Positions 37,547 to 50,866 of a DNA stretch of 64,000 nucleotides are shown here, piece after piece. Position 1 is the stretch's first letter; the number at the start of each line of letters is the position of its first letter. The DNA lies in the NCBI GenBank assembly GCA_050084515.1, contig CM114271.1, forward strand, positions 29,574,001-29,638,000, in the 5' to 3' direction. A program made the position numbers and the translations under genes. This DNA comes from Blasia pusilla (Eukaryota). A model generated the notes under the pieces. It ran no database searches, was not told the origin of the DNA, and saw only the letters and a list, made by a program, of their open reading frames with translations.

Positions 37547-40500
37547 CACCCCCCTGCGATAGCTTAAGAGCAAGCGCACGAGATTGATGTACAAGAGAAA
37601 AAACACAAGAGCAGGAGAACAAATCACTTTAGCTTGCTCGACATGAAAATGGCCGAGAGCACGGCTGTAAAGTAGAGCAAAGACATTAGGGAGAAGGGCA
37701 ACGAGTTTCCAAGAGTCTTGTTCGACGTGAATGCTTGGAGCAAGTGTGAGAATGGGGAGTCGAGGGGGAGGGCTTAGGTTTTGGGAAGGGAGAGTGGTTG
37801 TGCAATGGTTCTTGTATGTTCCATTGGATGGCTTATGTGCACGTACTTGCTTTAACGGTTGAGGTTAGAGCTACCTAACGGGATAGAGCTAGACTTGTGG
37901 TTAGGGTCAGATTAGGGTAGGAGTAGCGTGGTAAGGTTAGAATTTGAATATTTTATATTTGAAAAAATTAACCCACTCTTTGGCAGGGGATTTTATGATG
38001 TAATTTTTTTGAGAAATAATTCTACATGCTCCTTACTATTTTCTATTTTTTCCTATTTTTTCAAAAATACTTTAACCCACTCTTTTGTGAAGGTATTTAT
38101 CGGGTTTACATGTTATTTCCTAAAATTTTACTTTTAGTACCGTGTGTTGCAGATGTCGAATATCGAGGAAATGTGCGTGGGGGTGGAGATAAGGACTCTT
38201 CTAGATATCACAAATCTACCATTTACACCAAGACCTACCAAGAGAAAGCATATACATGCTCTATTGAATAGTCTAAGTCCAACGTATGTTCATATTCTTC
38301 ATTCACCTCTTCTTGGGTTCATTTTTTGTGCTTATGATGTATTCTCATTTCACTTTATATCTATTTGAAAAATATGACATTCCTCAGACTTCCAATCCCG
38401 TTCAATCCAACGCATCTTCAAGACATTTGAAAAGTAGTCTGTGTTGAGGCACAAAGAAGAAATCGTCAACATTATGACGAGAAAGTAATGCAACAAAGAA
38501 AAATAGAGGAGCGAGACATCATTCACTCATCTCCAACATGAGTTGCTTCAAATATCTCAATTGTAACTTTGGTAATTGTTTACATGCCCATAAGTGAGAA
38601 TGTTTTATAATTGAAGATGGTGGAGATGAATTTCTTGATTTTTGTTCAGGGCTTCGTATAGATGAGGTACAATATATATATATATTCCCGATTTGCAAGC
38701 TGTAATAAAGAGATCAAGTTTTTGAGGATGCTTCTATCCTTTTTATGACCCTCTTACCTATTCATACGACTAATATTGATAATGTTGATAAATTTAACAA
38801 ATAACTCAATATTGCACGCAAGCTTAGATTCCAAGAAAGTAATCTTAACAAATTACGACTACAAGAAAGTTTCAATCGCACAACTGGGCGTCATACTCTT
38901 GGTTATATGACGGAAGTATGTCCATCATGCAAAACTCTACATTGGAATTGTGAGAAGGTGAAGAGTAAAAGATTTCCAAACTCACATTTTGGGATGTGTT
39001 GTGATAATGGGAAGATACAGTTGCAGGTGTTGACAAATTTTCCAACATTCTTGGAATCATTGATCTTGAGTTTGGGCCCTCGAAGCGCTCATTTTCTTAC
39101 TCACACTCAAACTTATAATTCTACATTTCAATTGGCATCTACGAAGTGCACGTGAATGATCAAGTTGGTGGTACTTGACACTTTAGGATTCAAGGTGGGA
39201 TCTATCATTCTATTGGATCACTACATCTCTATGTAGGGCATCATGCCCCATTTGCGCAAACATACTTTCATGATACTGACCATGAATTGGAGAATGAGAA
39301 AAAGGTCATGTCCTATGATCTTCAAGCAGAAAAGTTAAGAGGACTACAAGAGATGTTACATGCATGTAATTTGTATGTGACTATTTTTTGGCATACTTGA
39401 AATGAGGAAAATGATCTTAATATGCACATCATCTTAAAGGCAAGTAAGAGAGGTCGATCTTGATGCAAAGAACTATAACTTAACTACTACTTTTGAGATT
39501 GCAGCTATTTTTTCGAGTGATGGGAGTCAATATGTTGATCATTGTGATATTATTGTACGACAATATGGAGGAGGTGTATATCATATCTTACCTAAACCAG
39601 GGATATATTCCATTGCATTTTATCTATGGTGAAGTAGGTTGGCACCTCGATATACATGTTGGTAAATTTCTACATGATGAAAATATAGATTTCTCCCAAG
39701 AGACAATGGATGAAGACGGGGATGCTAGAGAGATTTTTGAGGAGAGAAGAACAAAAATAGTTCTTGCCTTATAATTTGCATGTTTTTTACTTCAAACACG
39801 GATGGGAGTAGAAGATAATAATTGGCTACTTTGATTTGGTTAATTGACTCAAGAATATATGGTTAATTTATACGCCATTGTTGAAATTCAATGGTTATGT
39901 TGGATTCGCTTAAATCAAAAGGAGTTAATGTCCGAGCTATATCAAGGTGCAAATGATGCTTTACATCAATATGATTATGATAGTAGAAGATTTGGGAGCC
40001 GTACGTTCCTACCCTCTTCTTTTATTCGAGGTCCACGTCATATGCATCAACTATGTCAAGATGCAATGGCTATTGCTAGACACTTGGGAAAGCTTGATTG
40101 TTTTTTACAATGACATGCAATCCTAACTGTGAAGAGATTATATCAGCATTGTTACCCGCTCAAGTACTTCAGACCAACCAGATTTGGCAAGTATGAGTTT
40201 TTGAAAAAAGAAGAAGAAGGAGTTATTATGAATTATCATGAAGAAGCATATCTTGGGTCAGGTTGTGGGATGCATTCATAGGGTAGAATTTCAAAAGAGA
40301 GTCTACCACATGTCTATACTTTGATCATCTTGGGTTATGAAGACAAACTACAAATCACTTCGGATTATGATGTTATAATATCAGTGGAAATCCCGATTGC
40401 AACACTCATTTGATACTTTATTTTACTATAGCTACTTGCATGGTACATGATTTGTGTGGAGCATTACATCCAAATGCACCATATATGAATAAGGAAACTA

Positions 40501-43500
40501 AAAAATGTGCCAAAGGTTACCCAAATTCGTTTACAAGCATGACGATATAGACCAAAGATAATTATCCTATCTATCAAAAGTACGCAATCTTTTTATGGCA
40601 AGTTCATTAGTAGGTGATGTAATGTATACATGTAATATCCTTCCTTATTCTTACTCCTTTTGTAGATTGGATGATGGGAAGAAGGTCATGAAGCATGATC
40701 AATCTTTGGACAACTGATGGATTGTGCCATATAATCCTCTATTCTGTACACTCTTTGATTGCCACATAAATTTAAAGATCACGAACACCATTTTTGACGT
40801 AAAATACCTCTATAAGTATGTATATAAGAGATCTGATGTAGTATCATTTAAGGTATCAAAAGCAGGAAATTATCCAAGAACAATGGAGACTATTGATGAA
40901 ACATCATTATATCTTGATGCAAAGTAAGTTCAATCATTTTCCTTCAATTTGGATAAGCTTTATTGTCTTCCATGGAATATATTCCTATTTAATGCTATTT
41001 ATGACATCTTTTTTTTATCACTGTTGTGCACATACATCTCTTCTTCAGAGGCATGTTGGCGACTTTTCAAATTCAAGTTGCATTTAGAACATCCCAGTAC
41101 TATGAGATTGGTTGTTCATTTACCAAATGCACAATTAATTTATTTTACTTATATTGATGTCCTAGAGGAAATCTTACAAAAAAATTATAAATACTACTCT
41201 TACACAATGGTTTGCAGCTAATTGTGATGATCCTACTGCTCAAAAATATCTCTATATTGAATTCCCTTCATACTGTAGTTGGAGGAATAAGAATTGGCTT
41301 CCTAGAGTACAAAAAAGAAACCATTTTGGTCTTCCTATTGGTCGCTTATACCTTACTTATCTAGGTAAGAGCTTCCTATTCTCTCTCATGGCATTGTAGA
41401 CATAATGTTGTATTTCATATATGTAGTTATCTCTATATAATCAAGTTCGGATTTTGATGCACTACCATGCTTTGTAATAATTGAAGGTGCATGCCATTGG
41501 TTGAGATTTCTTTTTCATCATGTTCGTGGGATGACTTTGTAAGAATACTTAAGAACTATGGATGGAGTATTCTGTCCAAAATTTAAGGAGGATACTATTC
41601 AACTGGGAATTCTTGAAGATGATAGGGAAATTTTCTATTACTTCAAAGAAGCTTATGAAATCCGAATTGGCTCCTCACGTTGTCAACTCTTTGCCATTAT
41701 TTTGGAATACAAAGCAACTGCCCAACCTGAATTGCTTTGGAGTGAGCTTTTGGTTGAGTTGATAGATGATCTCTTGTACCAAAAATGTGAGGTAATTCTC
41801 ACTCTTCCTCCATTTAAAAATTTCTATCCTGCAAACTTAACACTTATATTTTTACTAATGTAAATGTTGCACTCCAGACCACAAGAATTCCGGATCTTCC
41901 CCTACATGCTTTCATCATCAATAACGCATTTGTCACGAATGTTAGGATAGATCGGTGAGATCTAGCAGAGCATCTGCACGAGTAGTGGAGGACATACCCA
42001 GGAGGTCGAGGATGACCTATTGAGGCCCCGGGAAACCTGAGAGAGTAGGTTTCCCCTTCATTTCGGCTCATTTGGAGCCATATAGAGAAACTTACTATTT
42101 TGGGTAAGTTTCCATATTGGGGATAGTTGAATTTCCACTTTGGGAAGTGGCCCTCGACCCGCTACACCAGGTCAAGAGCCAAGGAGGTGACCTGCGAGCA
42201 TAGGTTACTGTTGAGAGGGCTTGGGAGAGGGAAGGGGGTGTACCTCCAAGAGAGAGAGCTTGAGAGCTCATTCTCTCTTTGTTGAACTTCTTGGCATAAG
42301 GCGGCGGAGCTATGGTCCCTTGCCTTGTGAGTGTTACCCAAGCCTCTCATTAGGAGAGTGGGTTTGGTTTGACATGAGAGAGAGTGCACATCTTTGAGAG
42401 CTGTGGTGTGAGATGGTGTAGAGAGAGATTGGATCTTACTTTACAAAGAGAAAATGAGAGAATGAGAGAGTGAGAAAGTGAGAGAGCTTCATGGGGGAGC
42501 TCGCTGGTCACTCGCTATTTTTGCAGGTTGGGGACCGTATTCCCCGTTCAGCGGCTGATGGGAGTGCTCACCAGAGCAAGGGCTGCTTTGATTGTTCTTT
42601 GCATTTGCTGATTTTTGGTGTGGAAGAGTGGCGCGCGGAAGCGCTACCCAATTTCTGATAGGGATTGATTATGGGGGCGGGTTGCCCCATGCCGGTGCTC
42701 TCGGGAGCACCATGCACCTTGAAAATTTATATTTTTACAGGTTTTACATTTTCGTTGGGAGAAATCAGCGCGGAAGCGCTGCCAAATTTTGTGTAGGAGA
42801 AAGAGACATTGGGCTTTACGATAGTCCCCGTCAGTTTTTGCTAGAATGTTTGATTCTAAATATTTTTTGACGGTGTCGTAGATGGTGAATTTCTACACGC
42901 TGTACTACAAAGAATGTGCAATTTGGAGTGCGAGGAAAAAGTTATGGTCAATCTTGCAAAATTGCCATTGCTAGGCGTTTTCTAGGGTTAAATTGTTCAA
43001 ACCCTAAACCAGCCGCCACTGTCATAGTCACTGTCAACGGTCTGACCATCATAGTCACTATCAAGGGTCAACCATCACCATCAACGACCAACCGTCACTG
43101 TCAATGGTCAACCATCATTGTCACTGGTCGGCCATCACCATCAACGGTCAACCGTTACCGTCAACGGTCCACTGTCCGTTGTCCACCCTTTGGTTGCCAT
43201 TGCCGCCATTACGGAGTGGAGGGTCTTCCACGATGTTCGTTGATTCTCTGACTTGCGTCACCACCACGTACTTTGTTTTGGACGCCATCGTCATCGCAGT
43301 GTCGTCATCAACCAGTGATGGCAACCATAACCAGCAACCGATTATGGTGTTTGAGTTTTGATTTCATGATGCTATGTTGTGATTGGTAGCCCCTCGACGA
43401 CGATTGAGTAAGGTGCCGTGACGCCCATAGCCGCAACGGACCGCCGATTGCTGCGCCGTGCCGCTCGTGGCCGCACCGCACTATCTCACTCGTGGAACCG

Positions 43501-46324
43501 TTCCTTCACTAAGGAGCACAGCGTGTGAATTGCTGAATGAGGAGGGTATGCCGGCGAGTGTCGCACCCCATTCCCGAGTGCCGTGTTGTTTTTACCCGTT
43601 CCGTGCCGCCGAGTGTCGCACCCCATTCCCGAGTGCCGTGCTGTTTTTACCCGTTCCGTGCCGCCAGTGCCGCACCGGACCGCTTGATCGGCACCGCACA
43701 TCAAGGAGATTGAGCAGCGTGAGTACAAGAGGTGTACGACTTGCTGATTGGAGGAGTTGTCTTCACAATCGAGTTGGGGTCGAGATTTGCAGTTGCTGAG
43801 GAGCGACATCGACATATGTTCAGAATACCCATTCTGGTCCTTTACCGTGCACGTGTGAGGGATTATGGGATTTGGGTAGTTTATTTGGGGATATTGGGTT
43901 GTGTGGATGCTAAGAGCATCATTCATGTATGTGGTTTAGGGGACATAGACCTGTGTGGGATGTCCGGAGTTGAGGGTAGGTTGTCGATGAGATGATAGCC
44001 TGGTCGATTTGCCGCACCACGCCGCGTGTTGCCGCACGTTACACGTCTCGGGGAGGGAGAGTATAGATCGAGTGCCGTATGTTTGGGATGAGAGATTGAG
44101 GGATGACTTGCGAGGTTGAGAGTGATCGGGTGAGAGGGGCACGAGGGTCATCACGACGTCCGTTTGGGACTTTGAGAGGCGAGGTGGTGAACCAGAGAGT
44201 AGCTCTAGAGGTTTTACACGGAGTGGCACGAGGTTTCGAGGGTCTCCACGTGAGGGACCACCTCAACCTCCTTCTATGTCATTGTCAAATGAGGGGGAGG
44301 ATGTACAGGAGTTTGTGGGCACATTGCCACACATTGTGAGTGATCCTACCAATTGGGCATACGAGATGGATGACCGGGATAGAGGACCGCGTAGGTTTTC
44401 AGGTGTAGTAGGCACGATTTCATAACAGAGTTTAGGAGTTGGTGCGACTCCCAGCGGGCCAGGAACTTTAGAGAGTTCAACCCGTTTATAGCATGGAATG
44501 GTATGTTCCATCATTTAGAGGGGGCGCCCATGGACGATTACCATGAGTTCTCCCACAGATATGCCCAAGAGATTGAGGCATGGTGACTCTACTATGACCC
44601 ACACTATGTGTCATGGACGGAGCCGTTCCTAGATGAGGAGGAGGAGTCAGGAGAGGCTACTTCCTCTTCCACTAGTGATGTTTCAGGAGGGGTCACTCGC
44701 ACTAGAGCAGTTGCACCATCTAGTTGGGTCTGTCCTAGATTCAACCCCGAGGTTGAGTTCTTCGCTGAGTTGAGGGCTAGCTACCAAGGGGTACGGACGG
44801 AGAAGTTGCGGAGCATCCACGACTTCCAGAGGCGCCCAGGTGAGAGTTTATGTGAGGCTTACACTCGCTTGCGTCGTTTGATCAACGTCACTAAGGGGTT
44901 GACGGAGGCTCAGGCTATCTAGTCATGGTACGCGATGCTGGACCGGAACCCTACGGACACGGGTGCGCGAGGGAGTGCTTCTTATGAACATCTCCCCTAC
45001 GTTGAGAGATGTTTTTAGGACCGTCGAGAACATTGAGCGCAACCTAGCGGAGGAGAGCGTAACCACCATAGGTTCTAGGTGAGAGCAGTCACGATTGGCT
45101 GCACCATCTATGCAGCAACGTGGACTCCAAGATAGGTTGACTGCGAGACCACGAGCTCAGGGAGGATACCGTGAGGTTGTGCCACAGAGACCTGCGCCTT
45201 CACATGCGGCTCAGCAGCAGCCACCTACTATTACTTGTTGGTCATGTCGTGGAGCCCATCATAAGCATGATTGCACTCGTCAAGGTTATGGACGTGTGCC
45301 TCAGCATGGAGGAGGAGATGGTGCTACACCAGGAGGTTATCAGTGTGACTATTGTCAAAGGTATGGTCATACACATGCCAGATATTTCAGTTTACATCCT
45401 GAGTTACATTCGGACTGAGGGCTAGAGAGGGCACCATAGAGAGTAGCCGGACTAGGTGGGCCTACAGATCGTACACCAGGTGGTCCCGTTGGGGGACGAG
45501 GAGCTGGAGTTTCCCGATAGGGTGGTGGAGCTGCCCGTGGAGGAGGTAGAGTACTACCACCTAGATGCGCCGAGGGAGACGCTGGACGTGAGGTTCGGAT
45601 GGCTGCTCAGATATAGCAACTATATGAGCAGATTACTGCTATGGCATTGAGGTTACCCGATGTCGGATCCGTGGCATCGAATCATATGGAGCAGCCAGAG
45701 ATATGGAGGATCCTAGTTGGATGTGCGGGGTTGCCTAGATGGAGGCCGTCGTAGTTGTGACGCGTGGAGCAGCCGTAGAGTTGGATCCACAGCGAGGGAA
45801 AGCAAGAAAATAGACTAGGCTTCCTCAGTCTTTCACGTTGTCCGAAGCAATGAGGACCCCATCGATGGGTCCTCATCAAAGGTCCTGAAGAGTTGGTGAT
45901 GTTGTTGATATGCAGGCACGGAGGGCGATGGGAGAAGCGATTGCGACGACCCCTATTGTTTGACTCACAAGTACAGTGATCGAGCATTGGCCAAGAGAGG
46001 TGGTGACCTTAGCAGCATTTAGCAGTGCCATCATTTGGCTTAGTGATTTGATTGAGGGGCATGTCCATGTAGAGGATACTCCCATTCTTGACATTTCTAT
46101 GGAGAGGAGTGTTATGGTAGCCGCATCATTCCGTGGAGGAGAGGTGTCGTTGTGGGGCTCAACTGAAGAGCTTCGACGATTGGCAGATGAGCAAGTGCAG
46201 ACCACGTGGAGCGAGGCGTTTGCACTCCCTACTACCTCGGGTCTGAGGAACCCGAGGGAGCAGGGAGTGCTACGATGACACCCTTGGATACCACACCCAT
46301 TGTGTGGTGTATCCCGTAGGAGGG

Positions 46325-47336
46325 ATTTTGAGTGTTAGATCTCTTTGGAGGGATTAGCATCGGGTTAGCTGCTATTTTGCAAGCAAGAGTGCGAGTGCAA
46401 CAGTACCTGTATGTAGAGAGTGATGATTTTGTTGCAAGGTGCGTCTCACTACAACATGTGGCGCAATTACGCCTACGTTTTCCTGACTTATTGTCTGCGT
46501 CCGCAGTACAGGGGTACTAGAGTTTCTTACCGAGGGATATTTCGTTGCTGGGGGTGTAGGACTTTGAGCGGGTAGGGACCATTGATTTGGTCATTGTCGG
46601 TTGGACATGTTAGGGCCAATCGAGTGCTGGACAAGGCAGCGGGTTGGCTGACACTCGGTCTAGGTTGTTTTGGGAGATGTTCAGGGTCTTACGACAGTTG
46701 TAGGAGCACCAGTCTCGTTCTCCAGCCTACATTCTAGAGAATGTGCCGATCTTAGGAGACTCTAGGTCACGGGTGATGACAAGTGCTCATCTAGTGCGTG
46801 CCTGTATTGGCCCAGTAGTGTTCTTGGATGCGGTGAGTGTAGGTTCTAGAGCACATCGCCTTCGTCTATGGTGGACCAACTTGGCGTCTATAGACCAACT
46901 TGGCGTCTAACCCCATACGGTGTTACGGAGGGCGTTTGCGAGAAGAGAGCACCCCTCCCATTTGTTAGTGGATTCCATTATGGATCCAGGTCGTCGATCA
47001 CAAGCAGTTAGGCACAATGATCGACCACCGTTGACTGTGGTCAACAGGGTAGGCAAGCCACAGGCAGCCTTGCCCACGCTTGTAAGTTTTCCCGCTTCCT
47101 ATGCATACAAGGAGGTTGGTCTTGGCTTGGTTTGGGATGACCACGTTCTGCGGTTGATGGAGCCCAATGCCGACAAGAGAGAGCGAGCTATGGGATTTCT
47201 CACAGGAGTGACGGTAGTATTGTCAGTGTTAGGGGCATCACAACGCCATGTCTTGGGTCAAGCGATGGACCTAAACTACTTGACATGGATCCTCAGCTTG
47301 GGAGTGGCTGAGCAGTGCCGTATGAGATTGCGATAG
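46325..47336 (+). pseudogene. Full-length cytosine-5 DNA methyltransferase domain (motifs I-X) inside pol, copy 2
   Basis: VLDLFGGISIG (I), YLYVE (II), IDLVIVGWTC*GQSSAG (IV, decayed PCQ), YILENV (VI), RAHRLRLWW (VIII), variable TRD region, RERAMGF (IX), LGQAMD (X). Confidence 0.9.
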
Positions 47337-50300
47337 ATCACAGCGGTTGCATTAGTGAGCCCCATGCCTACCAAGACGGTGGAGGAAGTGGCTGGGGGCG
47401 AGACCCGAGGAGATCTACACACCAAGGGAGATCATGAGAGACATCCTTGGACTTCTTGGGATGTTTTGCAGGTACGCCAGGAGATGATAGCCCAACATTG
47501 AGCGTGGTTCCGGGCACTACACGTGGAGGAGATCAAAGTTTGCAGTTGGCTGTTGGAGAGCGGCTGAGTGTTGTTGTTCGAGACAAAGTTGCACCATAGC
47601 AACCATCGATACCCGTGTCGGAGAGTCCTACCGTAGTCACGATAGAGACTTGGGAGCTAGATATGGGCCCTAAATTGACATGAGGAGTGCGGCGTCGGAT
47701 ACATCAGTTCCTCAGGAGTTATAAGAGCTGCTTTGCGTTTAGCATGGAGGATTTGGGTATGCTGACGGGATCAGGGATCCGCATTGAGTTGTCGAGTGAT
47801 ATGCTGATCTTCCGACGACCCTACAGATATAGTGATATGGAGAGGGCTCTAATTCAGAGTAGGAGCCAGGACTTGGTCGGAGCAGGACTAGTGGAGATGT
47901 TGCATGGGGAGTATGCACCTACACTGTCATGCCCGCCAAGAAGGATGTGCATGGCAATTGGACGGATAGGCAAATGTGTCGGGATTATTGACGTATCTAT
48001 CGGCAGACAAAGTCTGATAGGTATGCGATGCCCACCCCTGAGGAGATCTTTGATGCGATTGGTCACGTAAAGGTCTTAAGTTCATTGGATTTAGGAGCCG
48101 GATACCATCAGCTGCCTATCAGATTGGAGGACAGGCAGAAGACGACATTTTGGGGCATCCATCCTCACGGGAAGGATTGTTTGTTCTAGTGGTGGTTCTT
48201 ACTATTTGGGTTAAAGAACGCCCCGACTGAGTTTCAGAGGGTCATGGATAGGATCTTGGCTGGTCTGGACTTTGCAAGGTGTTATATTGATGACATCGTA
48301 GTCTTTAGCGCCACGGTAGAGGAGCATGAGCGACATCTAGAGGAGGTGTTTCGAGGATTGCAATTACATGGGCTGAAGCTACATCCAGACAAGTGCAAGT
48401 TCTTCTACGACCAGATTGATTACTTGGATCATACGATATACCCATAGGGCCTTGGTTTCAGCAGATGAAGGTAGAGGCTATCTCACGCATCCCACGCCCT
48501 ACAGATGTGAGCCGTGTTCACACATTCATGGGATTGGCAAACTTCTATCGGCGATACGTCAAGGGGTTCAGTTCGATTGCGAAGCCGCTAACCTTGCTGA
48601 CCAAGGTGGATCATGAGTGGCACTGGGGGGATGAGTAGGAGCAAGCATTTCAATTGCTCAAGGAGAGGTTGACGTCCGCGCCCATCTTGAGGAGACCGAT
48701 CAGGGGGCGTCCTTTCCAATTGCACACAGATTGGAGCATGTTGGGGCTTGGAGCGGTGCTTACCCATCATGATGATGAGGGTAGAGAGTTCGTGGTGGCT
48801 TACGCTAGCCGCTCGAACAACGCTCTAGAGGCGAAGTACAACTCGTATGAGGGTGAGTGCTTGGCTGCAATGTGGGCCGTCGCGCATTTTAGGTGCTACT
48901 TATTCGGCAACCCTTTTACCATGATCACTGATCATCAACCACTGAAGTGGTTGATGGAGTCCGACAAGCTTATAGGGAAGCTTGCGAGATGGGCTCTATT
49001 GTTGCAGGAGTATGATTTTCAGGTGGTATATAGACATGGGACGCTCAACCAGGATACATATGGGTTGAGTCGTAACCCATGCTCGAGTTAGCTAGATGCG
49101 ACTGGAGCTCGATGGCATGCAGAGAGTGATGAGGAGTCAGTGCCAAGATGGCACGCGTCAGCCTATTTAGGCATATTGGCTATGGAGAGCCAGAGTGTGG
49201 AGACTTCGATGGCGAAGTCTAGTGGAGAGTCCTTGGATCTTGAGGCCAGTGAGGAGATGACAGGTGGCCGAGATATTCATGATGATGGAATAGTCTTGGA
49301 GTACCTTCGTACTGGCAGCGTTGCGAGCACCGTGGATGCTAGAGAACGAGATCGGATCCTACAGCGGGCCAGATAGTCCCGTTGGGAGGGGACACATGTT
49401 TTGAGGGTTTGGGAGGATGGTAGAGTACGCGTAGTGCCACATCCTTTGCAGAGAGCACGACTAGTGTAGCATGCCCATGAGGAGTTGGGTCACTTTGGGA
49501 TGAAGGGGACGTACAACTTGCTCTATTGGTGGCGAGGCATGCAGACTGACGTTCAGCAGTTTGTTGCCAGGTGCATGATGTGTGATCAGGTCCGAGCATT
49601 GTTCAATGGTCCGACTCCACAGTTGCATCCATTACCGATCATCGGCTTAGGATATAGATGGAGTTTGGATTTTGCAGGACCTTTGCCTTTGACGGAGCGT
49701 CACAGTCGTTATGTGTTGCTGATGGTCGAGCACTTCTTGAAGTGGATCGAGTTGGTTGCATTGCCTGAAAAAGCAAGTGAGGTAGTAGCTTATGCCTTCC
49801 TTGACCGAGTGCTGAGTCATTATGGCGCATCGGCTGAGGTGTTGACAGACCAGGGTACAGAGTTTCGCGATGAGTTCCAAGCCTTGTGTGATCAAGCGCT
49901 GATCGACCACCGCACGACTTCGCGAGATTATCTCGAGGCGGATGGATTAGCGGAGAGAGTTGTGCAGACGATGAAGAGGGGTTTATGCAAGTATGGCTTG
50001 CAGAGATTTCACCTAGGAGATTGGGACCTCCGGTTTCCGTGGTTGGTGATGGGATACAGATTCAGCAGGCATGCATCCTTAGCGTCTTTTTCACCGTACT
50101 TGCTACTTTATCGTCAAGAGCCCGATTTACTTGCGGCCATTCGTCGAGATGCTGGTCAGGTGCTGGACCTTGATGACCCAGATGTATGGATGCGAGCATG
50201 TTCTCAGAGGGCTGAGTTGTCTCGGAGAGTGATGCCCATGACATTCGAGAACTTGGCGATTGCGCAGCATCGGGATACGTTGAGGTATGTGACTATTCGG

Positions 50301-50866
50301 GGTGGTGGTTATCGACCAACTATCCCGAGGTTTCATCAGGGAGATTATGTGTACTTACAGCAGACGGCACCGACAACGTTGGATGTGACTGCAGGGCGCA
50401 CTATCCTGAGAGTGTGTGATATTTTGCCATCCGATGTTCTCTTGCTGGAGGGACGTGATGGTATGGTTTGGAAGGACCATGTGCGTTATTGTGCGCCATG
50501 TCACCTTCCTAACATTGATGGTACAATAGATCCGAGCTCAGCAGTAGTTCCTATAGGCTTTCGTTGTATGTTGTGTGGTTCTGCTTGTGGTACGGCCACG
50601 ATGCTAGTCTTTGATGGATGTTCGAGAGGTTGGCATATGGCATGTTTGACGCCACCTCTCACTAGGGGTTCCTCGGGGATGATGGATGTGTCCCAGTTGT
50701 ACATAGAGGAGATACTAGGTAGGTTTCAATTATGACTTTTTTCTGTGACATGGATGATAGGAAGGCGACTAACAATGGGGCCACATGAGCACCCGGCATT
50801 TCTGCTCTTAGCGTCCTAGATGGCTATCTGGAGTTAGAGGGACCTAACCACCAGCTAGGGGGGCGA

